The position numbers were made by a program, and so were the translations under genes. 64,000 nt of DNA from an uncultured Lachnospiraceae bacterium. GTDB lineage: Bacteria > Bacillota > Clostridia > Oscillospirales > CAG-272. The DNA lies in NCBI GenBank assembly GCA_964568425.1, contig CAZMPO010000007.1, positions 1-64,000 on the forward strand. The letters run 5' to 3'. The notes under the pieces were generated by a model. The model saw only the letters and a program-made list of their open reading frames with translations, did not search any database and was not told where the DNA came from. Of this stretch, positions 1-9,942 are shown one piece after another. The first letter of the stretch is position 1, and each line of letters begins with the position of its first letter.

Positions 1-31
1 AGTCTTGAAAATTTTTTGTTTTTTCATGTGT

Positions 32-289
32 CTACTCTAAGGGGATTATATCAAAATAGTGATGCTCTTCTCTTTTTTTCATATAATTTGGACATGAAGC
101 CACTAAAATATCTTTCATATCAATTTCAAACGCTATGCTTTTATCGGAAGTCCTTACCACAAGTACCTTTTTACTATAATCATCAATTATGAGAACATAG
201 CACCTATCATCCTCAAAATCATTTTTTGAAGATCTGTGCAAATATGCATGGAATCCGTTATTTAACATATTATTGGTAATAATTGCCAT
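32..289 (-). CDS. hypothetical small protein
   Basis: 85-aa ORF in AT-rich region; no recognisable motif. Confidence 0.25.
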   Translation of the reverse strand: MAIITNNMLNNGFHAYLHRSSKNDFEDDRCYVLIIDDYSKKVLVVRTSDKSIAFEIDMKDILVASCPNYMKKREEHHYFDIIPLE

Positions 290-728
290 ATTGTTTCCTC
301 GATTTATTTAAATCTCGCCACCAGCCCATTCCTTTCTGCATAGACATTCCAAACATAAAGAATCGCATCCAGAAGCGTTTCCATTGCGAGCGGTAAGCTC
401 CTACAATTTCATTGAATTAATGCTTTTCTGAACAGTCCTCGTGCCATAATAGAAGCCGCCTCGCTTACTTATTTATTTTTGACACTTGAATCAACCCCAA
501 AATATAAGATTGCTTGAACCTATATCTTTGTTTTTATCATCATAGGATCTATAATCGCCGAAGAATTTCGGTTCACTATGCCTAATTTTCTTCAGTTATT
601 ATGATAATGGTTGTATCCACCAAACGATTCGGTACGTCTACCACCAATCTTTTTACCGTGCTGTTCATAATATTTTATTGTTTCTAATAGACATCTTTCG
701 CTGCAACATTTCCTGAACATCGTCCAAC

Positions 729-1109
729 TCATCTTCTGCAGTTATTATCTACTACCTCATAGAAGAATCTTTTCTTTTCGTTTTCTGTTAATCTCTCATA
801 TCCGTATAATAGTATACGGGTTTGTATTTCGTTAACTGTCTTCTTGCCAAGATTACGGATTCGAGACAGTTCCTCTCTTCTTATGCAGTCGATAATGTCA
901 CCGATCGTAAACAATCCGGCACGTTTCAAAGCATTCATCGCTCTTACCGAAAATTCGATGTTATCCACCCCGGTATCGCAAGCCTTTTTGCTAAACGGAA
1001 CATTCACTTTCACACTCTTTCCGAATGCTCCATAAAGTGTGGGGATCAGTCCGTTTCCATTTGCCGATTTGTACAGTTCGATTACAACTTCATCTTTTCT
1101 CATTTGCAT
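729..1109 (-). CDS. RNA polymerase alpha-subunit C-terminal-domain-like (HhH) protein
   Basis: Segment NALKRAGLFTIGDII...ELSRIRNLGKKTVNEI resembles the alpha-CTD helix-hairpin-helix of RpoA; standalone 126 aa. Confidence 0.5.
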   Translation of the reverse strand: MQMRKDEVVIELYKSANGNGLIPTLYGAFGKSVKVNVPFSKKACDTGVDNIEFSVRAMNALKRAGLFTIGDIIDCIRREELSRIRNLGKKTVNEIQTRILLYGYERLTENEKKRFFYEVVDNNCRR

Positions 1110-1123
1110 GCTCTCCTAACATA

Positions 1124-1585
1124 TCATTTTTCGGGGATGATAGATCCTTTAATGACATCGAGAACAGAGTTAGCATTGATTGAGGTGATTCCGGGCACTT
1201 CCTTGTATATCTTAGTTACAAAGTTTCGCATTGTCTTCACGTCGGGTGCAAGACAGATTGCGACTAAATGACAGTTATTACCCGTAGTATGTACGATAGT
1301 CACGGTTTCCGGAGATTCCGCAAATATTCGTTTGCATTCATCAAAGCTATCCGGCTTTGTTTCGATGTTTGTTACAAAGGTCATCGTTTCGGGTGCCGCT
1401 TGCGGATCTATAATGGCTTTATAGCCCTTGATGATCCCTTGGCGTTCCAGAGAGGTAATTCTTGTTTTCACGGCGGTGCGTGAAAGACCGACTCGATCTC
1501 CAATTTCTGTATATCCTATTCTCGCATCTTCGAGCAACAGGTTGATTATTTGATTGTCTATCGCATCAAGACTGTCTATATGCAT
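1124..1585 (-). CDS. Lrp/AsnC family transcriptional regulator
   Basis: N-terminal HTH (LDAIDNQIINLLLEDARIGYTEIGDRVGLSRTAVKTRI) plus C-terminal RAM-like domain, 153 aa. Confidence 0.85.
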   Translation of the reverse strand: MHIDSLDAIDNQIINLLLEDARIGYTEIGDRVGLSRTAVKTRITSLERQGIIKGYKAIIDPQAAPETMTFVTNIETKPDSFDECKRIFAESPETVTIVHTTGNNCHLVAICLAPDVKTMRNFVTKIYKEVPGITSINANSVLDVIKGSIIPEK

Positions 1586-1703
1586 TGCTTACCTCCAACC
1601 GAAACATTGTCATCCAAGTCGGTGCATGCTCCCGACTTCTGTTGACATTTATATTATACCACGATCTTAACGATATTTCAACAGCTGAGCTTGCATTGCG
1701 TAT

Positions 1704-2720
1704 TCATATTGTTGCAAATTGCACATTGTAATCGCTGTCAATATTCGTATTGCAATTAGATGGATCATTGCACCACACTTCTGCTGCCCTCTCACACATT
1801 TTCTCAATATAATCTCTGCGTTTCAACGTATCAAGCCACTCTGTCGGGATGTCATCATAACCGTAGAGCGCACCTGCAAGACCACCCGCAACAGCAGCAA
1901 CAGTATCGGAGTCATCACCGAGATTGACCGCCTTTAATACACAATCTTTATAGTTATCCGTGGTAAGTAGACACCACACCGCCCCTTCAAGAGTATCTAC
2001 CACATAACCTGTGCTTTTGATATCATCGCATTGCAATTCAACAAAACTGTCCGCAAACAATCTTTGATAGTGATGGTACTCGGTACTATTTACATATCGA
2101 CACTTCGCCATGTTCAATGCAAGCTTGATGGATTCTTTGCTTGGTACATCAAGCAAATGAAACAGAATCAGCGCATAGATCTTACAGCAGAGCCTTGAGC
2201 GTTCGTGCGCGTGAGTTAAAGCAGATGCTTTTTCAATTATCGCTTCCCACTCGGATCTTACTTTTCGATTACACCAAGCTATCAAAGCAAACGGATGAAT
2301 GCGCATCAAAGAGCCGTTGCCATTGGAACGTTCTCCCGTTAATCCGCATTCCTCGACGGGCTTGTGATATGCAAAATAGTTGTCGATGGCATAGCTGCAA
2401 GTGTTGCCGACATCGAACATTTCGCCCGTCGGCGTGTACTCGTCATCATAATACCACTCGCCAAACTTAACCATTATATCATCGAAATCCACCTTGCCAC
2501 TCGCAAGGCTATCGAGTGCGGCAAGCGACATACTTGTGTCATCCGACCAAGATCCCGCAGGATAAGGATATGTGCCGTAGCCGACCATATCCGTAACCGG
2601 CTTTGCGGCAAGTTCATCCCTCTCGCAAAACTCTACGGGCACACCGAGTGCATCGCCGATCGCATGACCAAGCATTACGGCTTTTATTTTTTGTTTTATC
2701 TTATTCATACTTACCACCAT
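1704..2720 (-). CDS. ADP-ribosylglycohydrolase family protein (DraG/ARH-like)
   Basis: Motifs GHAIGDALGVPVEF, GSWSDDTSM, GNGSLMR, GDDSDTVAAVAGGLAGALYG typical of the ADP-ribosylglycohydrolase fold; alternative start at 2708. Confidence 0.85.
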   Translation of the reverse strand: MVVSMNKIKQKIKAVMLGHAIGDALGVPVEFCERDELAAKPVTDMVGYGTYPYPAGSWSDDTSMSLAALDSLASGKVDFDDIMVKFGEWYYDDEYTPTGEMFDVGNTCSYAIDNYFAYHKPVEECGLTGERSNGNGSLMRIHPFALIAWCNRKVRSEWEAIIEKASALTHAHERSRLCCKIYALILFHLLDVPSKESIKLALNMAKCRYVNSTEYHHYQRLFADSFVELQCDDIKSTGYVVDTLEGAVWCLLTTDNYKDCVLKAVNLGDDSDTVAAVAGGLAGALYGYDDIPTEWLDTLKRRDYIEKMCERAAEVWCNDPSNCNTNIDSDYNVQFATI

Positions 2721-2956
2721 CTTTTAGGGCAAATCCACGCGAGAAACAGTATGGCACCCACGAATAGAAACTCTAAAATTTGATACAGTACAGCCAAGAT
2801 AAGCACAACTGCAACCGCAGCAACCGTATAGAGCAGAACCTTTTTCAAGGTGCTCCAAAATTTGTTCTTGCGGATAGAGTTATCTGTCTTTCTTTCATTT
2901 GTGTTTATCGCGTTCATTCCGTTGCCCTCTCTTTTCATTTTTATTTTGCAATCCAA
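2711..2956 (-). CDS. small membrane protein (2 TM helices)
   Basis: 81-aa ORF with hydrophobic C-terminal half; overlaps the ARH gene start by 10 nt (coupling). Confidence 0.35.
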   Translation of the reverse strand: MDCKIKMKREGNGMNAINTNERKTDNSIRKNKFWSTLKKVLLYTVAAVAVVLILAVLYQILEFLFVGAILFLAWICPKRWW

Positions 2957-3098
2957 TTATAGCGCGTATTGTGTCCGATAAGCCGAACAGTTACGGTCAA
3001 TTTATTATACCACCTCCATTATTTCGCTTGAAAATTTCGGGGGATTTACAAACCACAAAAAAATTCAATCCATTTGAAAAGTGTGGTATAATATATAT

Positions 3099-3739
3099 TT
3101 AGGCTTTGTCGTCATCTTCCTCGAGATACTTTTCAAGGTCCATCGCATCGGCTTGACAAGCTCTGACCGCTGTGATTGCTTCGCTCATTGCATAATAACT
3201 CCTGCCAACTCCTTCCTTGGTTTGACGGTAATTCGCGGCACGTTCACGGCGAATGCCAATGTTCTCGGCAGTTTCAACGGCATCAATGTTAGCCGCAAGA
3301 AAGATAAACTCCCAACCGTATTTCTCTGTCTGTCGTTTAATTTTTGCCTTGATCTCCGCACTTGAATAGTGGTGGCTTCATTCTCCATTCCATCGGTTGT
3401 AATAATGAAGATGGTATGCTCGGGAACGTCCTCGGGGCGCGCGTACTTATGTATGTTTCCAATATGATGGATAGCACCGCCGATTGCATCGAGAAGTGCC
3501 GTGCAACCGCGCACTTGATAATCGTTTCGTGTCATCGGCTTGATTTCGGATATATCCACTCTGTCGTGGATTACCTCGCTGTAATTATCGAAAAGCACGG
3601 TGGAAACGAAAACCTTGCCTTCCTGTTCCTTCTGATTTTCAATAGTAGAATTGAAGCCGCCGATGGTGTCAGCCTCGAAGCCGGACATAGAGCCGCTTCT
3701 GTCAAGGATAAATACGAGTTCAGTAATGTTGTTTTTCAT
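3099..3739 (-). pseudogene. vWA (von Willebrand factor A) domain protein with apparent frameshift near 3355-3365
   Basis: N-terminal MIDAS motif LVFILDRSGSMSG and ...IFIITTDGMENE. After about 3360 the ORF runs on as low-complexity read-through, while the -1/+1 frame continues with a conserved-looking tail AEIKAKIKRQTEKYGWEFIFLAANIDAVETAENIGIRRERAANY... ending at a TAA around 3099-3101. Confidence 0.6.
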
Positions 3740-3746
3740 AATAAAA

Positions 3747-3796
3747 ACCTCCCTTTGTTTTTGTGCCTTTAGTATAGCACTTTCAAAGGGAGGTTT
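3747..3796 (-). terminator. rho-independent terminator-like hairpin after the island operon
   Basis: CCTCCCTTTG...CAAAGGGAGG stem followed by a T-run on the minus strand; the GGGAGG also serves as the RBS of the vWA gene. Confidence 0.4.
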
Positions 3797-3816
3797 GGTC
3801 GCTTGACGAGGGACTT

Positions 3817-4182
3817 TTATTTAATCAATCTTGTATTCCATTCAGTTTCCTTGAAACCAACAAGTACAAAATCATCACCAATAAGCAACGGACGTTTCAC
3901 AAGCATGCCGTCACTTGCAAGAAGTTTCAATATTTTGTCCTCGGTCATAGTGGAAATCTTATTTTTAAGGTCAAGGGACTTATAGAGCAATCCACTTGTA
4001 TTAAAGAACTTTTTGAGTGGTAATCCGCTTTTCTTATGCCATTCCGTTAACTCATCGAGTGTGGGATTATCGAGCTTAATATCTCTAAACTCATATTCAA
4101 TTTGATTATCGTCGAGCCACTTTCTTGCCTTTTGACAAGTGGTACACTTGGTGTAACATATAAATTTAATCATAGTTCTCAA
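3817..4182 (-). CDS. ArsC/Spx family protein (thioredoxin-fold, CxxC)
   Basis: N-terminal CTTC redox motif and overall ArsC/Spx/YffB-like length and pattern; ATGA overlap with the upstream Macro gene. Confidence 0.7.
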   Translation of the reverse strand: MRTMIKFICYTKCTTCQKARKWLDDNQIEYEFRDIKLDNPTLDELTEWHKKSGLPLKKFFNTSGLLYKSLDLKNKISTMTEDKILKLLASDGMLVKRPLLIGDDFVLVGFKETEWNTRLIK

Positions 4183-5207
4183 ACTCCTAACAGTTGTTGA
4201 TCAAACTCAAACAACGCTTCATTGATTTCAAAAATATCATAATTGCCGTTATGGATAAAGTATCTAATAATCTTATCAAACACCTTGCTCCTTGACAAAG
4301 TAAATCCTGCGGTTGCAAGCAATTCTTGTGTTGTATCCATATCAAGCTGCAAGGAAATTGCAAAGGCAATCACGGTTTGCTTTGACGGCTTGTAGTCTTT
4401 ATTGCTCTTGATTTTAGAGAAGGTTCGCTTGTCCACGTTTGCCTTCTTGTAGCATTCTACATCGGTCATACCGCTTTCGCCAATGAGGTCAAAAAGCATT
4501 TTCCCGAAGCTTCTGTCCATCTGCTTCATATACTCACGTAAGGATTTACCCGCAGCGGAACTCGTTTCCCGTTTACGCGGCATCATAGCATCGGCACACA
4601 TAGGTGCTTGGATACACTTTGCCATTGGCATCTCATCTACGCTACTGTCAAACGCCTCATAGAAATCTTCATCGTGCTCGTCTACGTATTCATCATTGAT
4701 AAACTCTTGAATATCACTAAAGAGCTTCTGGCTGAAGGAATACGATTCCTTATCGAACACGCAAAGATAAACTGTCAATTCGTGGTCAAACAGAAATTCC
4801 GTAATCGTTTGAATAGCGAATTTGAGGACTTGATCCTTCGGGTATCCGTAAACGCCCGAACTAATCAGAGGGAAAGCAACCGAATGGCAACCGCTTTTCA
4901 CAGCAAGCTTTAACGATTCAATATAGCAAGATCGTAATATAATACTCTCGCCAACCAAACCGCCGCGCCATACGGGACCGGAAGTATGAATCACGTACTT
5001 GCAGGGCAAGCCGTATGCACCCGACAACTTTGCTTGACCAAGCCCAAGCGGAGCAAGCTTGGCGCATTCCGCGTCAAGCTCTGCTCCTGCGATGGTATGT
5101 ATAGCGAGATCTACGCCACTATAACCGACCATTTCTTCATTGGTCGTGTTTACAATGGCATCCACTCGCATTTTCGTGATGTCTTGTCTGATAATTTGTA
5201 GTGGCAA
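4179..5207 (-). CDS. Macro domain protein (ADP-ribose binding/hydrolysing) with C-terminal XRE-like HTH domain
   Basis: Macro motifs VDAIVNTTNEEM, GVDLAIH, YVIHTSGPVW, AFPLISSGVYGYP; C-terminal ~120 aa with HTH-like segment MTDVECYKKANVDKRTFSKIKSN. Confidence 0.8.
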   Translation of the reverse strand: MPLQIIRQDITKMRVDAIVNTTNEEMVGYSGVDLAIHTIAGAELDAECAKLAPLGLGQAKLSGAYGLPCKYVIHTSGPVWRGGLVGESIILRSCYIESLKLAVKSGCHSVAFPLISSGVYGYPKDQVLKFAIQTITEFLFDHELTVYLCVFDKESYSFSQKLFSDIQEFINDEYVDEHDEDFYEAFDSSVDEMPMAKCIQAPMCADAMMPRKRETSSAAGKSLREYMKQMDRSFGKMLFDLIGESGMTDVECYKKANVDKRTFSKIKSNKDYKPSKQTVIAFAISLQLDMDTTQELLATAGFTLSRSKVFDKIIRYFIHNGNYDIFEINEALFEFDQQLLGV

Positions 5208-5217
5208 TCAATTCACC

Positions 5218-8200
5218 TCACTCTTTGTCGGATTTCAAAATTTCTTGTATCTCCGCTATATGCGTTTGTCCGAAAATAATATCGTCATTTCCAATTCTAA
5301 CGACAATAGGGTGATTTACATTGGCATCAGTGCGCAAAATTTCATTATGGAACTGTTCTCGAATGCTATCATTCTCGCGAAGCTCCTCAAAATGCTTGCT
5401 ACATACTAAGCATAGCGCAATGCCGCACTCGTGCCAATAAAACTTAGGTGCTTTAAGTATATTGTTGACTTCCATATACTTAACATCTTTGGCTTCTCGG
5501 CACATTTGGCAAACGCAATATCCGGCTTCGGGTTGGTATCTTCTTAATGCAAGAGCACGAATATCGTGATTGTCAATCAAAAATTCGTTGCCTCTACCAT
5601 TTTGCGGCACTCCATAAGAAACAATACGTTCAACCGGTCGCTTTTCGATTTTGATACAATTGTTTAGAACATCTTGCATATGCCGTCTAAAATTGAACTG
5701 ATTGGGAATGGGCTGATTAAGTACGCTTTTATCATAATCAATCGTTGTCGCCGTTAATCCACCCAAACGATATTCCGTAATCAGCTCGGGAGCTATGAAG
5801 CCCGCTCTTTTACATCTCTCCAAAATCTCAAAGCCGTTTTGCATATGCTCATCTTGCAATGATTCAATATCTTCATCGGTCAAATCATCTTCGACATCCA
5901 AATCATCGTAATGAACCTCGGTAATGTTTTTGCATCTTATAAATCGCGCAAAGGCTTCGCATTCCTTGCTTGCAATATGAGCAGGAAGCAGTTCTCCGAA
6001 GAAGTATCCTTCTTGCTCGTTGCTTACATATACCTTTCCACGTCGAATTTCGCCAAGCTCATTCTTAAGCGGGATGACATTGGCATTTGCAAAAAGGTCA
6101 TTTTGACAACCGAAAAGCATCTGCTTGTTACCGCTAAATTCAGCCAACAAATAGGCATACAATCGAGCATTCTCCATTGTTCTGATGTTTTCCATTAGCT
6201 TTTCACGATAATTTGCTAATTCAATCTGTCCTGTCAGCTCACTTATATCCTCGCCAAATATACCTTCGCATACCTTTTTCTCTAACAAGTGCGTAGCAAG
6301 AATATAGCAATTTGAAGATGAAATCGTACAGTTAGGCTTTATATACAGTCGATCCTCACATTCATCCCAACTAACATATCGGATAACACCTTTTTGCTCT
6401 GCATAAACAGGAACGATCTCTAACTCGCGCAGCATAGATTGCTCATTATCCAAATCATCGCTATGCTCATACAAGTAAGAGAACATCAATTTCCTAAATT
6501 CATCGTCGGTAATGTTTGCCTCGTAAACGCGTCTTAAAGCGCATACTACGCCGTGAACATTCATTACACCAACGCTTAATGCATTCAATTCAGCCTCATA
6601 TTGCTTTTCCTTTGCCTTGACTATTTCGCTCAACGACCTTCCTATATTCTGATTACCATCTAAACAGTAGCTTAACACATCGGGAATGCGAACCACTCGT
6701 GTATCGGAAGGTTTAGCAAGAATCGTTGAATTATAAGTTTGTAAGAATGTAGAGCGTCTGAGCTTTGAAAGCAGATCAATTTTATTCAAGCTATCCTCAG
6801 AGAAAATATCCGTCGAATATGTAGTGCCTTCTCTCTTGATATGCAAGAAGCGAAGCACGTCAATACCTTCGCTCTTTGCCAAGGTTTCGATAGCTGTTTG
6901 GATTGCAACATATACCTCAGCAGTTACATAATCATTCCAACGATTATTTATTAAATGATCGCGCGAGGTTGTCAACTCAAACGGAGCATCGATAATCATA
7001 GGAACTCTTATTTTCACCTGCGTAGGCAATCCCGCATACAAATAGCAGTTGTTGGCTTCTTTTCCCGATTGGATATAGCAAACTACCTTCTGCTTTTTGT
7101 CTATACGACGCTGCTGATTTTCGCGTTCAGAAACAATAGAATTATCCGATACCTCAAAGCAATGTGTTACGATCTTGTATTCATAGACCTTATCATTCAC
7201 CTTGATACATCGAATGTTTCCGTCATCTTCGATGCGAATTTCAAAATCACCCAACTTTAAGTAGCGCAACTTTCGTAAACAAAGACACAAGCGCAGAACC
7301 TTTTCCTCCGTAAAGAAGTCCTTTTTTAACGGCTTTTTCAATTCAAAGGTCATTCTCGTGCCTTGGAATGGCTCTTTTTTATCAGAGGGCAACACGGGAA
7401 TGGTCGGTGCTTTATCAGCCAACATAAAACGAAAATGTCCGCTATGAATATAGACCTTGCTTGCAACCGCAAATACCGCTTTGAATCCAACGCCCTTTTC
7501 TCCGATTTCAGGCATTTTTCTGTCAGAAACAAGTATTTGCTTTTTCGTGGATTCTCCAATTGACGTAATTGCTCTAACGTTTTCACGAGTAAATCCTATT
7601 TCATTGTATCGAGTGAATATTTTAGAAAAGTCATCGGATACAGTTAAAACAAAACTTGGCTTAACACCTTCTGCATAAGAGCAGTCATCCGCATTTTGTA
7701 AAAGCTCATTTATGTACCTTTCCGAGTCCATTCCCGCATCATTGATCAGATTGATATACCGCCTATACGCTTCGGGACCTAATGCACTTTGAATCGTCTT
7801 TCTTGTTGCTCGAAGCAACTTCATATACTCAAAAGGCTCCATATCCTCATTCGCGGCATTCAACTGATTTGACGCATTTTTGAATCGCAGGTTCATCGAC
7901 AAGGTACAATTCTTGTCTATCAGTTCGCAGAACTCCGACAATGAAGTAATTCTATGCTGTGCACTTAAAAATAGAATATTATCACACGCAAAGAAAAAGC
8001 GCTCGTTTTCTATCGGCAAATAGCAACACCTATAACCGATTCTTCTAAAGTAAATCCCCGCATTTTTGTTAAAGTCAGATTCATCAAGTCCTAATTCGCC
8101 ATTTTCAACGAATCGAACATCTTGAATATCAAGAGATTGAATATTTGCTTGAAGCGAAGGCAACTGCATCTTTTTGATCTGTTCGGTAAAGTGCTTTTGA

Positions 8201-9942
8201 AAAGCCGACAAGCATTTTTCATATTTTGCAAATACCGTTATCTGCTCAGCACTAAACGTTTTCTTTCCCATAGCTTCAATCATCTTATCAAACGAAAACG
8301 ATTCTATGTTTGATAAAACATCAAGGATAGCATCCGAATCCGTAAGTACAGACATTGCTCGGTTAAACAACCGCACATTGACATCTGAAATTGTACTTAT
8401 ACCGGGATTTTTATTTCTTGATCGAGCGTCAGGAAGAAATAGCTCGCGCGTTTCTCCAAGCAACAAATATGTGCTCTCGGGTTGCGGTACATCTTCATTT
8501 GATCGGAACATAAACACCTTTTCAGCCGGCAAGAAATTGTTCTCTACCGTATAGAAAATCGGCAATTCGAAAAGTATTTCGCCCTTAAAAATGTTTTGTT
8601 GCAAACAAATGATCGTGTCCACATCTGCTTCAAATATGTACTTGCTTTTGTAAGGTAGATAGTTAATTATATTCTCCTTTACCTTTCGAGAGAAATCCAT
8701 ATAGGATTCTTTTAGCATAGTAGCAAAGGACGAGCAACTATGCTTAAACCAAGCATTATTGCTTTGGGAATCAACAAACTCTCTTGAGCCGCCAAGTTTA
8801 AACGGGATATGGCAAGCCATAGGCATAGGAACCTTTATCTGCGTAGGCAAAAACGAGTATAACGAACCCATTTTTATAGAATTTTCGTCATACAAAAAAT
8901 CCACAGAGGGAAAAACGATCTGCATATACATTTTCTTTTCTGCAAATGCTGTTTTTGCTCCATAACGCGATACACACATATCTCTGTTATAGATAATCTG
9001 CTTGGTATATCTTGTGCAATCAATTTCTTGGATTATGGGCTTGTCATTTTGACTGTGATAATCGCGCAAATCAACCGACAAATGAACGTCGGTTTCTATT
9101 TGCAATTCCGATCCAAGAACAGGAGCACTTCTTGACACCTTAAATGTTAAACTGCGTAAAGAATCGAAATACAAATGCAGTTTGGTAAGCTTATTTAAGA
9201 ACAGTAGCGGGTTCTGATTAAACAAAGATTCCTTATTGTGATATTTACGAACAAATTCGTCATAAATTCCCTTAACCTTCATTGGTTCAACAAAAAGCGT
9301 TAAGCGCGTTCCGCTAACTTCTTCAAAGTTTTCGTACGCAGGCTCGGGAATGGTAAAATTGTTTTTATACAATTCAAATGAGAATTTACCGCTTTGAATC
9401 AGAACTTTATCCGCTACGCCAAAAACTGATTTGAAACCTATGCCTTTTTCACCGATTTCAACCTTATCCGAGGAAACATTTTTAGCCGCCTCGGCAATAC
9501 CCGTAATGGCAAAGACATTAAATGGAGTAAATCCCGTTTCGTTATATGTCAGAACTATTTTTCCGTTATTGTAATCAGTTTGAACGTCCAATTCAACACG
9601 GCTGTGATCTGCATAATCGCAGTCATCTACGTTTTGAATCAATTCAAACAAAAACCTTAACGGCGTAGAATATACACCATCTTCACCAACCGAAAGAAGG
9701 GATTCAAGCAAGGCGGGATAATTATCACCCTTTAATTTGTCATCCTCTGCAAGAGAGGTGCGAAACAACTTCAAGAGTTCAACATACATCTTATGCTCGT
9801 CAATGCTCGCCAAATCACCAACCGAAAAAGCGCGTAGTGCTTCACGCAAATCGGTCTTTTGGTGATTGTTCATACTTCGAGAGTCGTAATTATGATATTT
9901 TGTTTTTAAGTCGAGTATTTTACTCATTTTCTTACCTCTCAA
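5218..9942 (-). CDS. large protein with two sacsin/NOV-like GHKL (HSP90-like) ATPase modules and Cys-rich C-terminal domain (possibly NOV_C/DUF3883-like)
   Basis: Two Bergerat-fold motif sets: ELIQNVDDCDY...GEKGIGFKSVFGV and ELLQNADDCSY...GEKGVGFKAVFAV. C-terminus has CVCQMC...CGIALCLVC. Start overlaps the upstream helicase gene by 11 nt. Confidence 0.75.
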   Translation of the reverse strand: MRGKKMSKILDLKTKYHNYDSRSMNNHQKTDLREALRAFSVGDLASIDEHKMYVELLKLFRTSLAEDDKLKGDNYPALLESLLSVGEDGVYSTPLRFLFELIQNVDDCDYADHSRVELDVQTDYNNGKIVLTYNETGFTPFNVFAITGIAEAAKNVSSDKVEIGEKGIGFKSVFGVADKVLIQSGKFSFELYKNNFTIPEPAYENFEEVSGTRLTLFVEPMKVKGIYDEFVRKYHNKESLFNQNPLLFLNKLTKLHLYFDSLRSLTFKVSRSAPVLGSELQIETDVHLSVDLRDYHSQNDKPIIQEIDCTRYTKQIIYNRDMCVSRYGAKTAFAEKKMYMQIVFPSVDFLYDENSIKMGSLYSFLPTQIKVPMPMACHIPFKLGGSREFVDSQSNNAWFKHSCSSFATMLKESYMDFSRKVKENIINYLPYKSKYIFEADVDTIICLQQNIFKGEILFELPIFYTVENNFLPAEKVFMFRSNEDVPQPESTYLLLGETRELFLPDARSRNKNPGISTISDVNVRLFNRAMSVLTDSDAILDVLSNIESFSFDKMIEAMGKKTFSAEQITVFAKYEKCLSAFQKHFTEQIKKMQLPSLQANIQSLDIQDVRFVENGELGLDESDFNKNAGIYFRRIGYRCCYLPIENERFFFACDNILFLSAQHRITSLSEFCELIDKNCTLSMNLRFKNASNQLNAANEDMEPFEYMKLLRATRKTIQSALGPEAYRRYINLINDAGMDSERYINELLQNADDCSYAEGVKPSFVLTVSDDFSKIFTRYNEIGFTRENVRAITSIGESTKKQILVSDRKMPEIGEKGVGFKAVFAVASKVYIHSGHFRFMLADKAPTIPVLPSDKKEPFQGTRMTFELKKPLKKDFFTEEKVLRLCLCLRKLRYLKLGDFEIRIEDDGNIRCIKVNDKVYEYKIVTHCFEVSDNSIVSERENQQRRIDKKQKVVCYIQSGKEANNCYLYAGLPTQVKIRVPMIIDAPFELTTSRDHLINNRWNDYVTAEVYVAIQTAIETLAKSEGIDVLRFLHIKREGTTYSTDIFSEDSLNKIDLLSKLRRSTFLQTYNSTILAKPSDTRVVRIPDVLSYCLDGNQNIGRSLSEIVKAKEKQYEAELNALSVGVMNVHGVVCALRRVYEANITDDEFRKLMFSYLYEHSDDLDNEQSMLRELEIVPVYAEQKGVIRYVSWDECEDRLYIKPNCTISSSNCYILATHLLEKKVCEGIFGEDISELTGQIELANYREKLMENIRTMENARLYAYLLAEFSGNKQMLFGCQNDLFANANVIPLKNELGEIRRGKVYVSNEQEGYFFGELLPAHIASKECEAFARFIRCKNITEVHYDDLDVEDDLTDEDIESLQDEHMQNGFEILERCKRAGFIAPELITEYRLGGLTATTIDYDKSVLNQPIPNQFNFRRHMQDVLNNCIKIEKRPVERIVSYGVPQNGRGNEFLIDNHDIRALALRRYQPEAGYCVCQMCREAKDVKYMEVNNILKAPKFYWHECGIALCLVCSKHFEELRENDSIREQFHNEILRTDANVNHPIVVRIGNDDIIFGQTHIAEIQEILKSDKE

